DNA of 64,000 nucleotides from Balanoglossus misakiensis. Taxonomy: Eukaryota > Animalia > Hemichordata. The translations under genes and the position numbers were made by a program. The stretch covers positions 1,951,854 through 2,015,853 of the forward strand of contig CM082596.2 in NCBI GenBank assembly GCA_040954595.2, given 5' to 3'. Under the pieces are notes generated by a model that was not told the origin of the DNA, searched no databases, and was given only the letters and a program-made list of their open reading frames with translations. Numbering within the stretch: position 1 is the stretch's first letter; every line of letters begins with the position of its first letter. Below are positions 52,035 through 64,000 of this stretch, piece by piece.

Positions 52035-55000
52035 TTAATCGGATTCTTCTTTCTCTCGCTTTTTCTTCTTTTTCTTTTTCTTGTCTGTGCTCGGCTGAGA
52101 AAAAAGCAGACGATGAAACATTATAAATTCAGCTTTCTGAGAAAAGTAATGTATTCTCATGTGGTCAACAATTCTGACCAGAGTCACCAATCTTAATCGT
52201 AATAATTCGATCAACTTACTGTGTCTACAAGTGATGTTTCTGCTGCTGACGTGGCTTCTGTGTCTTTCTGCTTCTTTTTCTTTTTTTTATCTTTTTTAGG
52301 AGTCTCTTCTGGTAGAGAAAATGAAAAATTTCTGTTAGAACTCTCTTCATGAGATGTTTCAATGGAATTACTCCAATACCATTTGTTATCTCAGAGCAAT
52401 AAAGCTGATTACATCACTGAACAGACGCTGTTCATCTGACAAGAGGTGTAACTTCGTAATCATCACTGATAACAGTAGCACCAACAGAGAAATCTTCCTT
52501 TTTTGGCTGTCATAACTATGTACATATGCAATCACATACCTGGCATTTCAGGTTCAGCTGCTTTGCTCTTTTTGGCTGGCGTTTCTGCATCTTCACTTTC
52601 TTTTTCTTTCTTCTTTTTCTTCTTCGGCGTCTCTTCTTCTGCAGCTTCCTCCGTCGGTTCAACCTTCACCTTTTTGGATTTGGGTTTCGATGGCGTTGCT
52701 TCTGTTTCTTCTTCTTCCTCCTCCACCTCCTCAATTTTCCTCTTTTGTGCCGTTGATTGAATCGTGGAGTCCATTCCTTCACTGTAGGTAAGCACTTCAC
52801 TTTTGCTGTGGTATTTCTCGAATTTGGCCGCCTGCTTTCCTGTTCCACTAATTCTCCTTAGCTGAAAATTCAAATACACAGGGCGATTACTTCTTTTGAT
52901 TTCTTTAGGCTGACCAGTCACATCTCAGGTAGGATTGTCAGCTTTTGGCAAAATATGTCATCTCTCCAAAGAGATTAATTTATCCTAGACATAACCACTT
53001 ACTGTATTCTGTTCCAGCATTTTAAGCCTGGCTTCCAACTTGGCTCTGTTCTCTTGACCCATTTCAGAACTGCTATCATCTCCGAGAGCATCATATCTGA
53101 TCGCGAGGGCCGTCTTGGCTGCCAGCATACGTGACATCTGATGAGATGATCAGAGTATGAGAATCACAATCAGAATGACCACAACTACAAGCCAGTATTC
53201 TTGTAACATTTACACACAAAGTGATATGAGGATATCGCCCGCCATGTTGTTTGATAGTTTGTGTTTTGTCGTCTCAGAGGAGGTAGTAGCAAGCAAGTTC
53301 TGTCAATCATCAGACATGGGGATGTCATCTGACAAGAGGTGTACGCCTAGTCATCACGGACAACATCAACACAGATCAAACAGAGCATGTCATACAAGAC
53401 AGGTCCCAAAATGATTTGTAAACAATGAATATCAATGATACTGTTCAACTACAGTAGGAATAAAATACACAACTTATGACTGCACTATCTGGAAACTTCT
53501 CGTGCTCACATTTAACCCTAACAGTGCCAAGTCAGTAGGAAACATAGTTATTTTCCTACCCCCCTAGAATCCGGGGCATACTTGACTGTGGAGAAATGAA
53601 TTGGTATCAGACTGTGTAATGTCAAATATTTGAACAGCTGAGTACATACTAAACCGCCTCTGCTGGGTAATTTGATCAGGCCAAGATGATCATAAACAGT
53701 GGATACAGCTAGATTGAGGCAAACAACCCTGTCTAAATACACACATGGCAGCTAATCAAAGAAACCAACACTGTCTAAATACGTATTCCAGTGATGATAC
53801 GTATCTATATGGACTTGAGACTCTAACGGGTTATGACACCCGGTAGCAATAGGGATATAACAGAACTTGATAAAGCCTACCTTTCCTTTGTTCTTCGGCC
53901 CTGTCTGCCCGACCAGAGATGCATGATAGATCAAACCATATTTTGGTGTGTCTTTCTTTGTTTTTAATGCCCTAAATAATGCCTTCTCAGCTCCCAAGAT
54001 CTGCACAGTTGACGATGGATGCTTGGCCAGATTAAGTAGTGACCCTGAGAACAAGGAAAGCAACAAGAGTCAATTTAAAGCAGCATAAAAAATGACATCA
54101 TTATTTAGAAATAACAACTATGCTAGTACAACCAAGCACACAAGAACCCAACATTATCTCACCTGCATGTGATATCAGCCTAGCACCGACCAGTTCGCCC
54201 ACCATTATGGTCAGATTTGGTGCAATCGCCATCATTCTGTTTTTGAGATAATCGTACAGCTGTGCCCTGTACTCTGATATTTCTATCACCTGCAAAGAGA
54301 AAACCATGAAGTTTATTCAGTATGCAAAACATTGAAAAAATGGATTGATCGCCAATGCTGGACTTAGATCAAAGGTCAATGTCACAGGTCACTGTGTTGT
54401 CTCAGTGGAGGTAGTGACAAAAAGCTTTCACTTCATCATGGAGAAACAGACAAAGACAGCTTAATCATCATCAACAACACAGTGTACTGACCCTCACTGC
54501 AAGAAATGTGGTTACTGTCTCTCTTTAAGTTTAATGTGAGGACCTTACCTGCTCACAAAGATAGAGGATGTTTGTGACATCATCTTCTGAGACTTCTGTT
54601 CCCATGGAAATTTCAGCTGCTATTTTGACCTGTTCTTCAATTTCCTCAGGGAGGATTTCCGAAAGATCTGTTTTCGAAGTATTTGTACGGTCACCTGTTT
54701 TCAGAAAAAAAAATGGAGATTTTTTTATGTATCTAGGGAAGTAGCATACTACACAATGTAGTTTGACAATGTATGGTAACACTGCTCAGAGCCAATGGTG
54801 CGAGTATTTGTCTCAACATTTCACATGTGATCTGTGGATTGACAGATACTAAATACATCATTGCAGTGTCGATTGGAAAACTATCAGCGTGTCATAAATT
54901 AAGATTGATCTTGTACATACCTATTTTTTTTACTGTCTTTGCAAACACTAAGTTGTCGCTAACAATTTTGCCAAGTTCTGGAAAGTGCCACCCATACCAT

Positions 55001-57218
55001 TCCCGTAGTCTCATGAGATAATTATTCAATTCTTTGTCCAGGTCATCGAGTAAGGCTGAAATTTACAAAAAGAACTATTTACATATCATGCAAAGTGAGA
55101 AAAATTCTCACCACAACAGAATGGGAACAGCAATTCAATACTTACAAATCGCTTGAACAATCATGGTGTCAACTTTATCTGGACTAAATTTCAACTTATA
55201 TCTTGACAAACTGTAGGTTTGGAGAGAATAAAACAATTTGAGAAGATATAAATAAGAAATGTACATCATTATAAGGAAAGTGCTGTAATTCTAACATTGT
55301 GGAGACAACAGTTGTATTTGTAACACTGCTCAGAGCCAATGGTGCGAGTATTTGTCTCAGCATTTCTAATATGATCTGTGGATTGACAGATAAGTACATC
55401 ATTGCAGTGTTGTCAACTGTATATTCATGTTGGGAAATGTGTCATTGGTGGTTACAGAGCATGTTCACTGCAAAGTTGGGGGTGGGGGGTTCAGATAGCT
55501 GCCTTTATATCAACAGTGTCTCACTCACCTATGTGCAAGACCCAGAGCCATGGCACTCATTTCACTCGTTGGCAATCCAGAAATCAAATTATTCATCTGT
55601 GACCGGATTCCTCTCATCAGTTCATGGATAGCTGTATTATGCACACAGGTTATATTAAATTTTTCCTGAAATAAAACCAGATTACTGGATGAATACCGAA
55701 AGTTGAATCTGAACCTAAAGGTAGAAAGATTGCTGTTGTCTCAGATGTGTATTGTAGACTCATCTTTGATATTCAGTCGAGGACCACTTGGTATCATCAT
55801 TGACAACTACGCTCTAACCATAGCGATGGGTAAAACATTTCAGTTTCCATGGCAATAACACTCACCTTAATAGCACTTCCTAATTTAGTATCAGCAACAG
55901 CCAACTCAGCATGTGCATCTTTTGCGACAAGTTTCTTCAGAATTTTCTTCAATCCCTTTCCCATTTTACCCTCAACGGAGGCTGTTGCAGCTGGTAGAAA
56001 ATAAAGTACATAAGAAAATATGATTACATATCAAATTACCAAATGAAATGAAATGCAGCATATCTGCGAAATTTGTCTCAGAGATTTGTATTCAAATAGG
56101 ATCATCACTGACATTCAGTCGAGGACCACTATGAAATCATCACTGACAACATCCGACAGAATTATATGTTCTCATCTTCAGATCACCATCAAGCGCAAAC
56201 CAGACCAGCACAGAAAAGTTCCAAGAGAAGTGACCACTTACCAGCCAATGCTTCTGTGGTGTCTCGGAATTTTTCAAATTGTTTGAGTTTTACTCTGTTG
56301 GGCAAGAAAAATTTGTGCTGTTAAATTAACTTTTGCATCATCTTAGAAGTTAGGTAGAGAGGGGAGAAAGAGAAATCTTACTTACACTTTGCTAGCACCC
56401 TCTGCGGTTTCAAAATCTTTGTAGAGGTTGTCCACTTTTTTGAGTTTCTTTTCATCTAGAAGCTGAAAGATGAAAAACAAAAGACTTCATTGTAGAAATA
56501 GTATGATTTCTGTTCAGTAGCATTCCCCAAATAAGGTGGTAGCACTAGCAAATGCATGGAGCTAGCCATCACATTATGGGAATCTACACACATGAAATGC
56601 TACATGGTTTAATACACTGCTCAGCATGTTATTTTGTCAACATTTCAAACATGATCTGTGGATTGACAGATAAAAAGACATCATTGCAGTGTAAAATCTG
56701 AATGAACTGAACAATAAACAGACACAAGCGATTCAATTTCATGCACAAAGCCAAAATGCAGATATGCATCTACAGCATGGCCAGTTTTGTATGCATAGGG
56801 AGCAAGTACCATATGATCTGATATGCAAATATGGTCCCACCAAGCCACGTGTTGTGGCATCATTAATGCAATGGCATTTGGTATGGCTTCATTGAGCAAT
56901 ACGCACTTGAAACTTTTGAAAATTGGAACTGAAAACGTAGCTTCTTAACATAAAGCAGAGGCTAATAAGAGGAAAAACGTCCGCAGCCGTTGCAAACCCA
57001 GCCAGCGTCTGAATCATGTGTCCTTTTCAACATGGCGCAGTACAGGGCGTACCATGTGAGGAACGAAATGGATAAGATTCACGAATCGAAGAATATTTCG
57101 CAGAATGCAAACTTTCTGTGGTACACAAGAGTAGCAGCGGTACTTAATAAATCGCTTTTTACAAATGACAAACCTTGAAAATTGCGTAGCCAGCCGGAGT
57201 TTCGAATAGGACCAACAT
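52035..57218 (-). CDS. NOP58: Nucleolar protein 58 (box C/D snoRNP core), 14 coding exons
   Basis: Starts [15 protein letters not shown]; [27 protein letters not shown]; [10 protein letters not shown]; [26 protein letters not shown]; KE-rich tail. Exons 57218-57174, 56462-56386, 56294-56242, 55990-55866, 55665-55529, 55210-55146, 55055-54921, 54694-54549, 54289-54163, 54044-53881, 53137-53003, 52861-52540, 52308-52220, 52094-52035. Confidence 0.96.
52385..52473 (-). ncRNA. Box C/D snoRNA in NOP58 intron 12; D' guide to LSU rRNA CAAGAGGUGU
   Basis: C GTGATGA, D' CAGA, C' GTGATGT, D CTGA, terminal stem gttatc/gataac; guide acacctcttg. Confidence 0.85.
53267..53365 (-). ncRNA. Box C/D snoRNA in NOP58 intron 10; double guide (LSU CAAGAGGUGU and 18S GGAGGUAGU)
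   Basis: C GTGATGA, D' CAGA, C' TGATGA, D CTGA, terminal stem; guides acacctcttg and actacctcc. Confidence 0.85.
54396..54478 (-). ncRNA. Box C/D snoRNA in NOP58 intron 8, SNORD11-like (18S Gm509 equivalent)
   Basis: C ATGATGA, D CTGA, long terminal stem. Guide gtcactacctcc is complementary to 18S GGAGGUAGUGAC, and the +5 rule lands on GGA[G]GUAG. Human SNORD11 also lies in NOP58. Confidence 0.88.
54779..54869 (-). ncRNA. Box C/D snoRNA in NOP58 intron 7, SNORD110/snR55-like (18S GGA[U]UGACAGAU) with a second LSU guide
   Basis: C ATGATGT, D' CAGA, D CTGA, stem acactgc/gcagtgt; guides atctgtcaatcc and tcgcaccattggct. Confidence 0.88.
55322..55411 (-). ncRNA. Box C/D snoRNA in NOP58 intron 5, paralogue of the intron-7 snoRNA
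   Basis: Near-identical boxes and both guides are conserved. Confidence 0.88.
55735..55807 (-). ncRNA. Box C/D snoRNA in NOP58 intron 4; guide AGUGGUCCUCG, target uncertain
   Basis: C ATGATGA, D' CTGA, C' aGATGA, D CTGA, stem gttgtc/gacaac. Confidence 0.82.
56073..56149 (-). ncRNA. Box C/D snoRNA in NOP58 intron 3, paralogue of the intron-4 snoRNA
   Basis: C GTGATGA, D' CTGA, C' GTGATGA, D CTGA, stem ttgtc/gacaa; same agtggtcctcga guide. Confidence 0.82.
56613..56693 (-). ncRNA. Box C/D snoRNA in NOP58 intron 1, third SNORD110-like copy (second guide lost)
   Basis: C ATGATGT, guide atctgtcaatcc, D' CAGA, D CTGA, stem tacactgc/gcagtgta. Confidence 0.85.
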
Positions 57219-57391
57219 TTTGAAACTAACACCACGAGGGCACTAACTCTTCAGCGCATGTGCGGAGATGTTAATGATCATTGAATGACGTCAAAGGTCA
57301 AAGGTTCGAAGTCATGTCCCCCTCAACGTTGACAATCGCGGACATCCTTGAATTACTTCATAGCGATATTGTTGCCATAGTAACATTCTTG
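57219..57391. promoter_or_regulatory. Compact bidirectional promoter between NOP58 and JMJD4
   Basis: Divergent start codons less than 180 bp apart. NRF1-like GCGCATGTGCG, palindromic CRE TGACGTCA, DR1-like AGGTCAaAGGTTC, X-box-like GTTGCCATAGTAAC. Confidence 0.7.
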
Positions 57392-59350
57392 ATGGATAAG
57401 CAGCCAAGATTGCTATCCAAAGATGCATTCAAGATAATTGCGAAGACAGAGAAGCTGAAACTTCGAAGTCAACCATCCACACTTTACCACATAGACAATG
57501 ATATCTCATATGAAGATTTTTTCAGAGATTTTCTTCTTCCCAATAGACCATGTGTATTCGGTTGTCATGTGACTAAAGACTGGAAAAGTTGTAAAGAATG
57601 GGTCGCAGCTGATGGAATGCCTGATTTTGATGCTTTAATAGAACATTTCGGTAATGTATACCAGGCTATGAGTCTGTCTATCCATCTGTCCATTCGTTCA
57701 TCCATCCATCAATCCATCCGTCCATCCATCCATCCATCCATCCATTCATTCATTCATTCATTCATTCGTTCGTTCGTTCGTTCATTAAGTAAGTTAAATA
57801 CTATTCATGACATGTTCATTTTATCAGGGGATGTCACTGTTCCAGTTGCTGACTGTGCCAGTAAACAATATGATGCTCAAACCAAAGAAGACATGATACT
57901 CAGAGATTACATGGCATACTGGAAGACCTTGATTGCCAGTCAGTACAATAAGAACATGAAATGTCTATATCTCAAAGACTGGCATTTTAACAGGTAATTA
58001 TATTCAAATGTCTCATTGCATATAACTTGGAAATTGTAAAAAATAATTTGCCTTGACATTTTCATATTCCACATTAATTATTACTGACAGATATTTCTTT
58101 TTTGTTTTGTAACAGAACATGCAAAGACTATAAGGCCTACACAACTCCTACCTACTTCACCTCTGATTGGCTAAATGAGTTTTGGGATGACAGAGCTGAC
58201 CAATCAGATGATTACAGATTTGTGTACATGGGACCCAAAGGCTCATGGTATGCATTAACATGAATAGATCATTTTGGAATGATTTTAAAATGTATATTTT
58301 TAGTAATATGCATGATTAACGAATATTCTTATGATTTTACAGGACACCATTTCATGCTGATGTGTTCAGATCATATAGTTGGTCAGCCAATATTTGTGGC
58401 AGAAAGAAATGGTTACTATTTCCACCAGGTCAAGAACAGCACCTGAAAGATTGTCATGGTAACATGGCCTATGATGTCACTTCCTCTGAAATGGACGATG
58501 GGAAGAAATACCCCGACTACCACAAGTTGGAAGGTGTAATAGAAGTGATACAGGAGGCTGGGGAAGCCATATTTGTTCCAAGTGGATGGTTTCACCAAGT
58601 TTTCAATCTTGTAAGTTTTATTTTTATTCAGCATAAAAGTGGTTGGTAGGGGTCCTGCCAATCTTTCCTGGATTTTTCAATAATACTGCATGAACAGTAG
58701 CCATAGACATTTACATTAGAATGCTGACTGTACCCACCTACAGGAGGACACTATCTCCATCAACCATAACTGGATCAACGGCTGCAACATTGACATCTCC
58801 TGGAGATTCCTGCAGAACGAGTTACACCTAGTGGAAGAGGCCATCAGTGACTGCAGAGAAATGGACGAATGGAATGAACAATGTCAGGTCAGAGGTCATG
58901 TCAGTCTGTTTCAGTTGATGACGCGATGTAATTTCGAGATGTGTGTTTGAGGCATATGTCCCTCCACTACTGTGTGACCACTGTGACCACAGCAAACAGA
59001 ATCACAGTGCCACTGATGCTATTTTTTCCCTTTCACAGCTGATTCTGAGAGCCAACAGTGGAATGGACTTTGCTGACTTCTTCACTCTGCTCAACACTGT
59101 TGCTAAGCAACGTATGAAGAACCTGGGCCTTGTTGTGGGGACAGGCAGCGAACTGGATTCTGCATCAGAATTGGATTCCACATCAGAAATTGACTATCAT
59201 GATGTTTTTGATCTCATGCAAATATCAGAACTCTTACAAGAAATGACACAGGAATTATCCGAAGATTTTCAGACACTGAAAAATGATCTGAGAACTTTGC
59301 ATTCAGTGATCACAAAGTTTCTGAACGGTGACCTGGCGAAGTATCTTTAA
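57392..59350 (+). CDS. JMJD4: JmjC domain-containing protein 4 (2-oxoglutarate/Fe lysyl hydroxylase), 6 exons
   Basis: Exons 57392 (or 57314)-57650, 57828-57993, 58116-58247, 58343-58610, 58744-58887, 59039-59350. Motifs YLKDWH, SDWLNEF, DDYRFVYMGPKGSWTPFHADV, FVPSGWFHQVFNLEDTISINHNW. Start codon uncertain. Confidence 0.94.
57680..57786. repeat. Compound tetranucleotide microsatellite (TCCA)n(TTCA)n(TTCG)n in JMJD4 intron 1
   Basis: Directly visible. Confidence 0.9.
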
Positions 59351-61101
59351 TAGTGTAGGGATGAGAACCTGCATATGGGTGCCAAGACAAGTGATAGATG
59401 CCTACAAAACAACACAGACAAGAATCTGATGACTGCACCATTTTAATTTTAATTCAACCACAGATTTTGTAACAACAGTGATGGCGTCAGAAATTTGAAT
59501 AAACACACATCAGAACACCTGGCATGAAAGGTGGGCATTCCACCTTCACATGCAAACATTTGTAACCATGATTTGCGAAAAAAAATACTACCAGAAGTCC
59601 TCAAGTGAATGCTCTGTAAATTCTACATAACTAGAATAAATCTGTGCTTGTGTGTACAACTGTGAACCTTGAACTATGACTTTCAGGCTGATCCTCATTT
59701 AATGCAACAGATGAATTGAATGAACATTTGTAAATAAAAGTTTTGACATTACACTCGAAAATACTTGTATTGATTTGTCTCGGGCATATATACAAATATC
59801 TAGCGACACTAACATGTAAAATTAGCTTTGTTTCTATCTTCACTAACTTTGGCAGTAGGCAGCAAAATGTAAGAAAAATTAATGCACCATCAGTAAAATC
59901 TTGCATTTACAAGAAAAAACAACAAATTAAAACACTTATTGGCAGTTGCCTGAAAATTATCAGCAGTCAAAAGCAAATAAATATCTCCTAAAAATTAAAA
60001 CATAAAACAAGAAAAACAATCCGTTTTATACAAATCAGCTTACAACTATACATTTTATCAGATACACATCTCCGATATAAATAAACTGAAAAATTGGAAG
60101 GCATCATTTTTAAGTAGTCCACTGCCCCTGCAGCTCTACACATATCACCCCTAATTACAAATGAAACATTCCATGATTGAAATAATTTTCTAACAGACTA
60201 CATAAAAATCTGAACAAAATATACAAAGAGTGCATTATTTGCTATGCTGTAGCACACATTTCTGAGTAAATGAAAAATTCTGGTCTATTAATCCCTTGAC
60301 ATCCCCATTTCCATGTAGTGGTTTAGCCCTCCATTGACTCAACATTGGATTATGCTATTTTCATGATGGAAATAGGGATGACAGGTTAAAATTAAATTGC
60401 ACAAAATACACTAAAATGTCATGTGGGTGCGTAAATCCATTGAAAGCAACCCAAAGAAAAATACATTCTAGTAGACTAACAGTAAACAGCTATCATCTCC
60501 GCTTGCTAATATTATAACTTAGAATCATATATTGATTCGTAAATGACAAAATGGAAAATCTGATTGTCCCATGCACAAAAGCTATATTGGTAAATAATCA
60601 ATACTGCCAAAAAACTGTCTACTATCACCCATGACACATGTAGAAAGATCTTTCCTTTTATGCACAACATTGGTAGCACCTACAAGAACTACAATGTAAG
60701 CAGAAACTACGGCTATATTTTCATAAGTACACCAAATTTACACTGAGTAAAAACATTCATTTTGAACTCCAAATTTGTGTGGTTATTCCATTGTGTTAAA
60801 TAGACAATTGCCAATTTTGATAATTAGGTTATTTTTGTTTCAAGTAACTTGGACTGTACAACACTGCAATTTCCCATATTTGGGATTACGCCTTAAACAT
60901 CTCATACAGTTTTCAGACAAGATTATAACTTACTGGTGCCCTTTTTGGACAAATTATAAAAAAATAATGTTTTGTGCACATGGAAAAATAGCGAAGCTAT
61001 AATATTTCATTGAAGCGTGGAAATTTCGGCTTAAGTTGAGCTAAAAACACACAAAGTTCTGTCAACTGTGATACACTCCAGGGCTTCCTGGGGTGCCACT
61101 C

Positions 61102-63877
61102 CTAGAAAGCAACTTTCTCATTCTGAATCTGGAAATAGCAGGCTTTGAGAGTGGTGAACATGAGACCAAGTTCTCCATTGACTAGGTGTGGCTCCATGAA
61201 ATCGTCGACGAGGTGGATCTCAGAACCTAGATGACGAATCCTGAAATAAAAGAAACAGAGAAACCCACATTAATATTGACCATGGTTTGGTCCAAATCTA
61301 TTGCTTTCTATGGTAAAGTTGGACCTCTATACATGGAAACAGGGGTGTGAGGGATCAACTGACCTGGCTCTGATGACCACATATTGGAACATGGGAAAGA
61401 GATCATCCATACACCACATGTGTTCCTCTTTCAACGCAGTCTCCACAAGTTGGTTGATGCATTCAAATGTCTTTTTCAGAATTCCCAGTTTCTCTGATGG
61501 ACTGAAAGTTGTGCTGTGAAAGATATGGGAGAATTTTAGCCAGGCAGATAGTTTGTATAGTCATATCATACCATATGAATAACAATTGAATGTTGCACAC
61601 TGCACTGTCTTCAAACAGCACATTGCCATAGTTCTGAGCTACGCTGTCTCACGCTATCTCATGGATTAAACTGGAAGGTTTGTCACACAGCAAGATGTAT
61701 GATACAGTCGGTTGTGGCTTAAAAGATATATTTCTGACGGAATGCAACGATCCTAATGGAAAACTTTCAGAGTGTCTCACCTGATATGCTGCAGCATTTC
61801 CACGGCACCTGAATAACACTCATTCTGAGTTTCGGATAACTTCTGCAATTCAAAAAGAATCACCAAATATAAGTGTTCCATTGGAAATACAAATGTCTCT
61901 GATTCTCGTTACGACAACTGAGAATTAATAAAAATGCCTGCAAAAATCACAAAAATTCATAAACATCCAGATGTCATGTCCGCCTTTACCTTGCGTGGAT
62001 CCTGAGCAGCAGCCTCATCAAACAACCAAAATTTCCTGCAAAATGGTAAGTACTAATGGTAAGTGTTGATGATACAACCAGGAAGAAATCATTGACAATA
62101 GTTCACATCAAGTCTGTGCCATGTGATTTACAGCTATGTTTTAAGACACACCTAAAAATATCACTGCAAATTAAGACTACAATCTAGCCGGGGACACCCA
62201 GCTTGAGACTTACTGGTTAACTCCAAGATAAGCCATCAGAGCAATGTCTGGTTGCTTGTTGAGTCTCAGGATCCTGTCCCAGTACCTGTCATCCTGACTT
62301 TCATTATGCAAGGCGTAGAGAGTAAATAGAGGTGGATAGAGTCTGGGTAGTAGCACTGGATGTAACAGCCCAGCACTGGTGATCTGTAGTTTTCTGGAAA
62401 TGGATGGTGATAAAGATGTTACTCTATTATACCAGTAGGCATGTATCTTAATTTTAAGATTAATGTTTTTCCAAGTATCAACTCACTTCTCTTTGTCTGT
62501 CTTTTCCATTCTGGATAATTCCATGTTTGGATAACCATAGACACTGCTGACACCATACGGATTTTCCACAGTTGGACTTTGTGGTGATGGAGACTGTGGA
62601 TTCTCACTTGGTAATCCTGGGAATAAGATTCTGTAAAATAAATTGGCAAATTTAAACCTGAGCTACTTGTCATTCAGATCATGTAAACATCAAATAGGAA
62701 CATCAAATAAAACTTTCTAACTGCCATGACGTTGACTTTTGAACCTTGTTCAGTGCCTTACCTTATAATGGCATAGAGTCTTTGCACAAAGGATTTGACT
62801 TCAGCCACAGCATAGGTGAGAAGTCGTCTGTTAGCACCAATACCAACGTATGTAGCTCGGTATACATCTACTAGACTGTCAACGAGCTGACCGAGTGGAT
62901 GTAACGGGACGTCAAACGCCTGCAAGCAATAAAAGAGGATACATTAAAATGTGTGGGAATGCATGCCGCGTGCTACCTCTAACACACCTGATGATTCAAT
63001 GTCAAACCAAAACTTAAACCTGTCAATATGAGAAATTGACTTCACATGTTTGAATACAACAACTCATACCTTTTCCAAATAATTCTGCACAGCCATATAG
63101 TCTTCTTCAGAGATCCTCTCCGCATCATAGATCGGGATTCGTTCCAATCCATCCAAGTTACTCTTCTTCCCACCCAACTGGCTGCCATCACTAGTAACAT
63201 CAAACAGACATAAGTTCCTTTTAACCCTATTCATCCTATTTTTCCAGCAACAGGTTCGATCATGCAATGAGTACAATAGGGTTTCAACAGTGACCAAAGA
63301 TTGTCACTCAGGTGAGAAGGGCTAGGGGTAGACTGATCATGTGAATTATTTCTGTCAGAACAAATGACCAAGATCAAATGACATCATACCCGTTGGTCTG
63401 CCTTCTTTTCCCAGCATTCAATGCTACAGCCACCGCCTCCCATGCCTTGTGTTGGTGGGGCACAATGTTGGCATGGCAACCCAGGGTGGTCCTGCAGTGA
63501 TTGAAGATCTCAGACCACTTGTGATCGGCTGGTACCACATACAGGCCACTGCCACTGTGAAATTGATCAGAATCAAGAAATCATGAGCTAGATTTAGGGA
63601 AGGATACAAAAATCATCATCATCATCATCATCATCACTACCCAAACACTGCTATACAATAAAGAATTAACCTACACTGTGTGTGAACTTGACCCGTCCAA
63701 CGGGGACTTGCTAAACGTGCCATTGACCTTGACTCCATCACCCCAGATACCATTGAACGTGCCGTCTATAAAGTCCCCATTGGGAAGACGTAGGATCCCC
63801 TTGCCGTTCAGTGTGGGTCCTGTGGCCAATTCACCTTCATAGCTTGTTCCGTCTTCTGTGACAAGCAGACCAACTCC
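61102..63877 (-). CDS. ALS2: Alsin, C-terminal part (last MORN repeats, helical region, VPS9 domain); 5' exons lie beyond the window
   Basis: About 10 exons. [21 protein letters not shown] repeats, [89 protein letters not shown]. Confidence 0.92.
61270..61358. mobile_element. ~90-bp TTAA-type MITE, copy 3, in the last ALS2 intron
   Basis: Homologous to the 9970 and 18335 copies. Confidence 0.65.
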
Positions 63878-64000
63878 CTGTCAAGGCAAAGAGTTGTTAA
63901 TAAAACGATATACGTGTATGGACCATACTCTTTAATGGGGGTTGGGGAATTATTACTATTATAGTCATTGTGGAATTATATACCGGGGTACACCGTATTC

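Noticed and set aside
57281-57997. 238-aa ORF with SIH/SFI repeats
   Set aside because: It reads through JMJD4 intron 1 and its microsatellite; canonical splice sites at 57650/57828 remove that segment.

Overview
AT-rich eukaryotic (metazoan) genomic DNA with GT-AG introns, probably from a marine invertebrate deuterostome (taxon is inference only). From left to right the window holds an intronless SIRT5 (+), a ~19 kb non-coding stretch with MITEs, an intronless GPR161/GPR101-like class A GPCR (+) and CCDC103 (-). Next is an SPFH/band-7 membrane-protein gene (-) whose last coding exon is split by a 12,004-bp Ginger1 DNA transposon (35054-47057, CCGG TSD). After that come a small 3-exon single-pass membrane-protein gene missed by the ORF track (+), NOP58 (-) hosting eight C/D-box snoRNAs, JMJD4 (+) head-to-head with NOP58, and the 3' part of alsin/ALS2 (-). 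The Ginger1 element is the most notable object. It encodes an uninterrupted 8-exon, 748-aa H2C2-DDE integrase-GPY-Ulp1 protease-PHD protein. It carries a 24-unit array built from its own end motifs, a complex 3' repeat array and an internal promoter-like cassette. Its termini are asymmetric (TGT...AGA) and would let the whole element splice out as an in-frame GT-AG intron. All gene models were assembled by eye from splice sites and reading phase; no database search was run.
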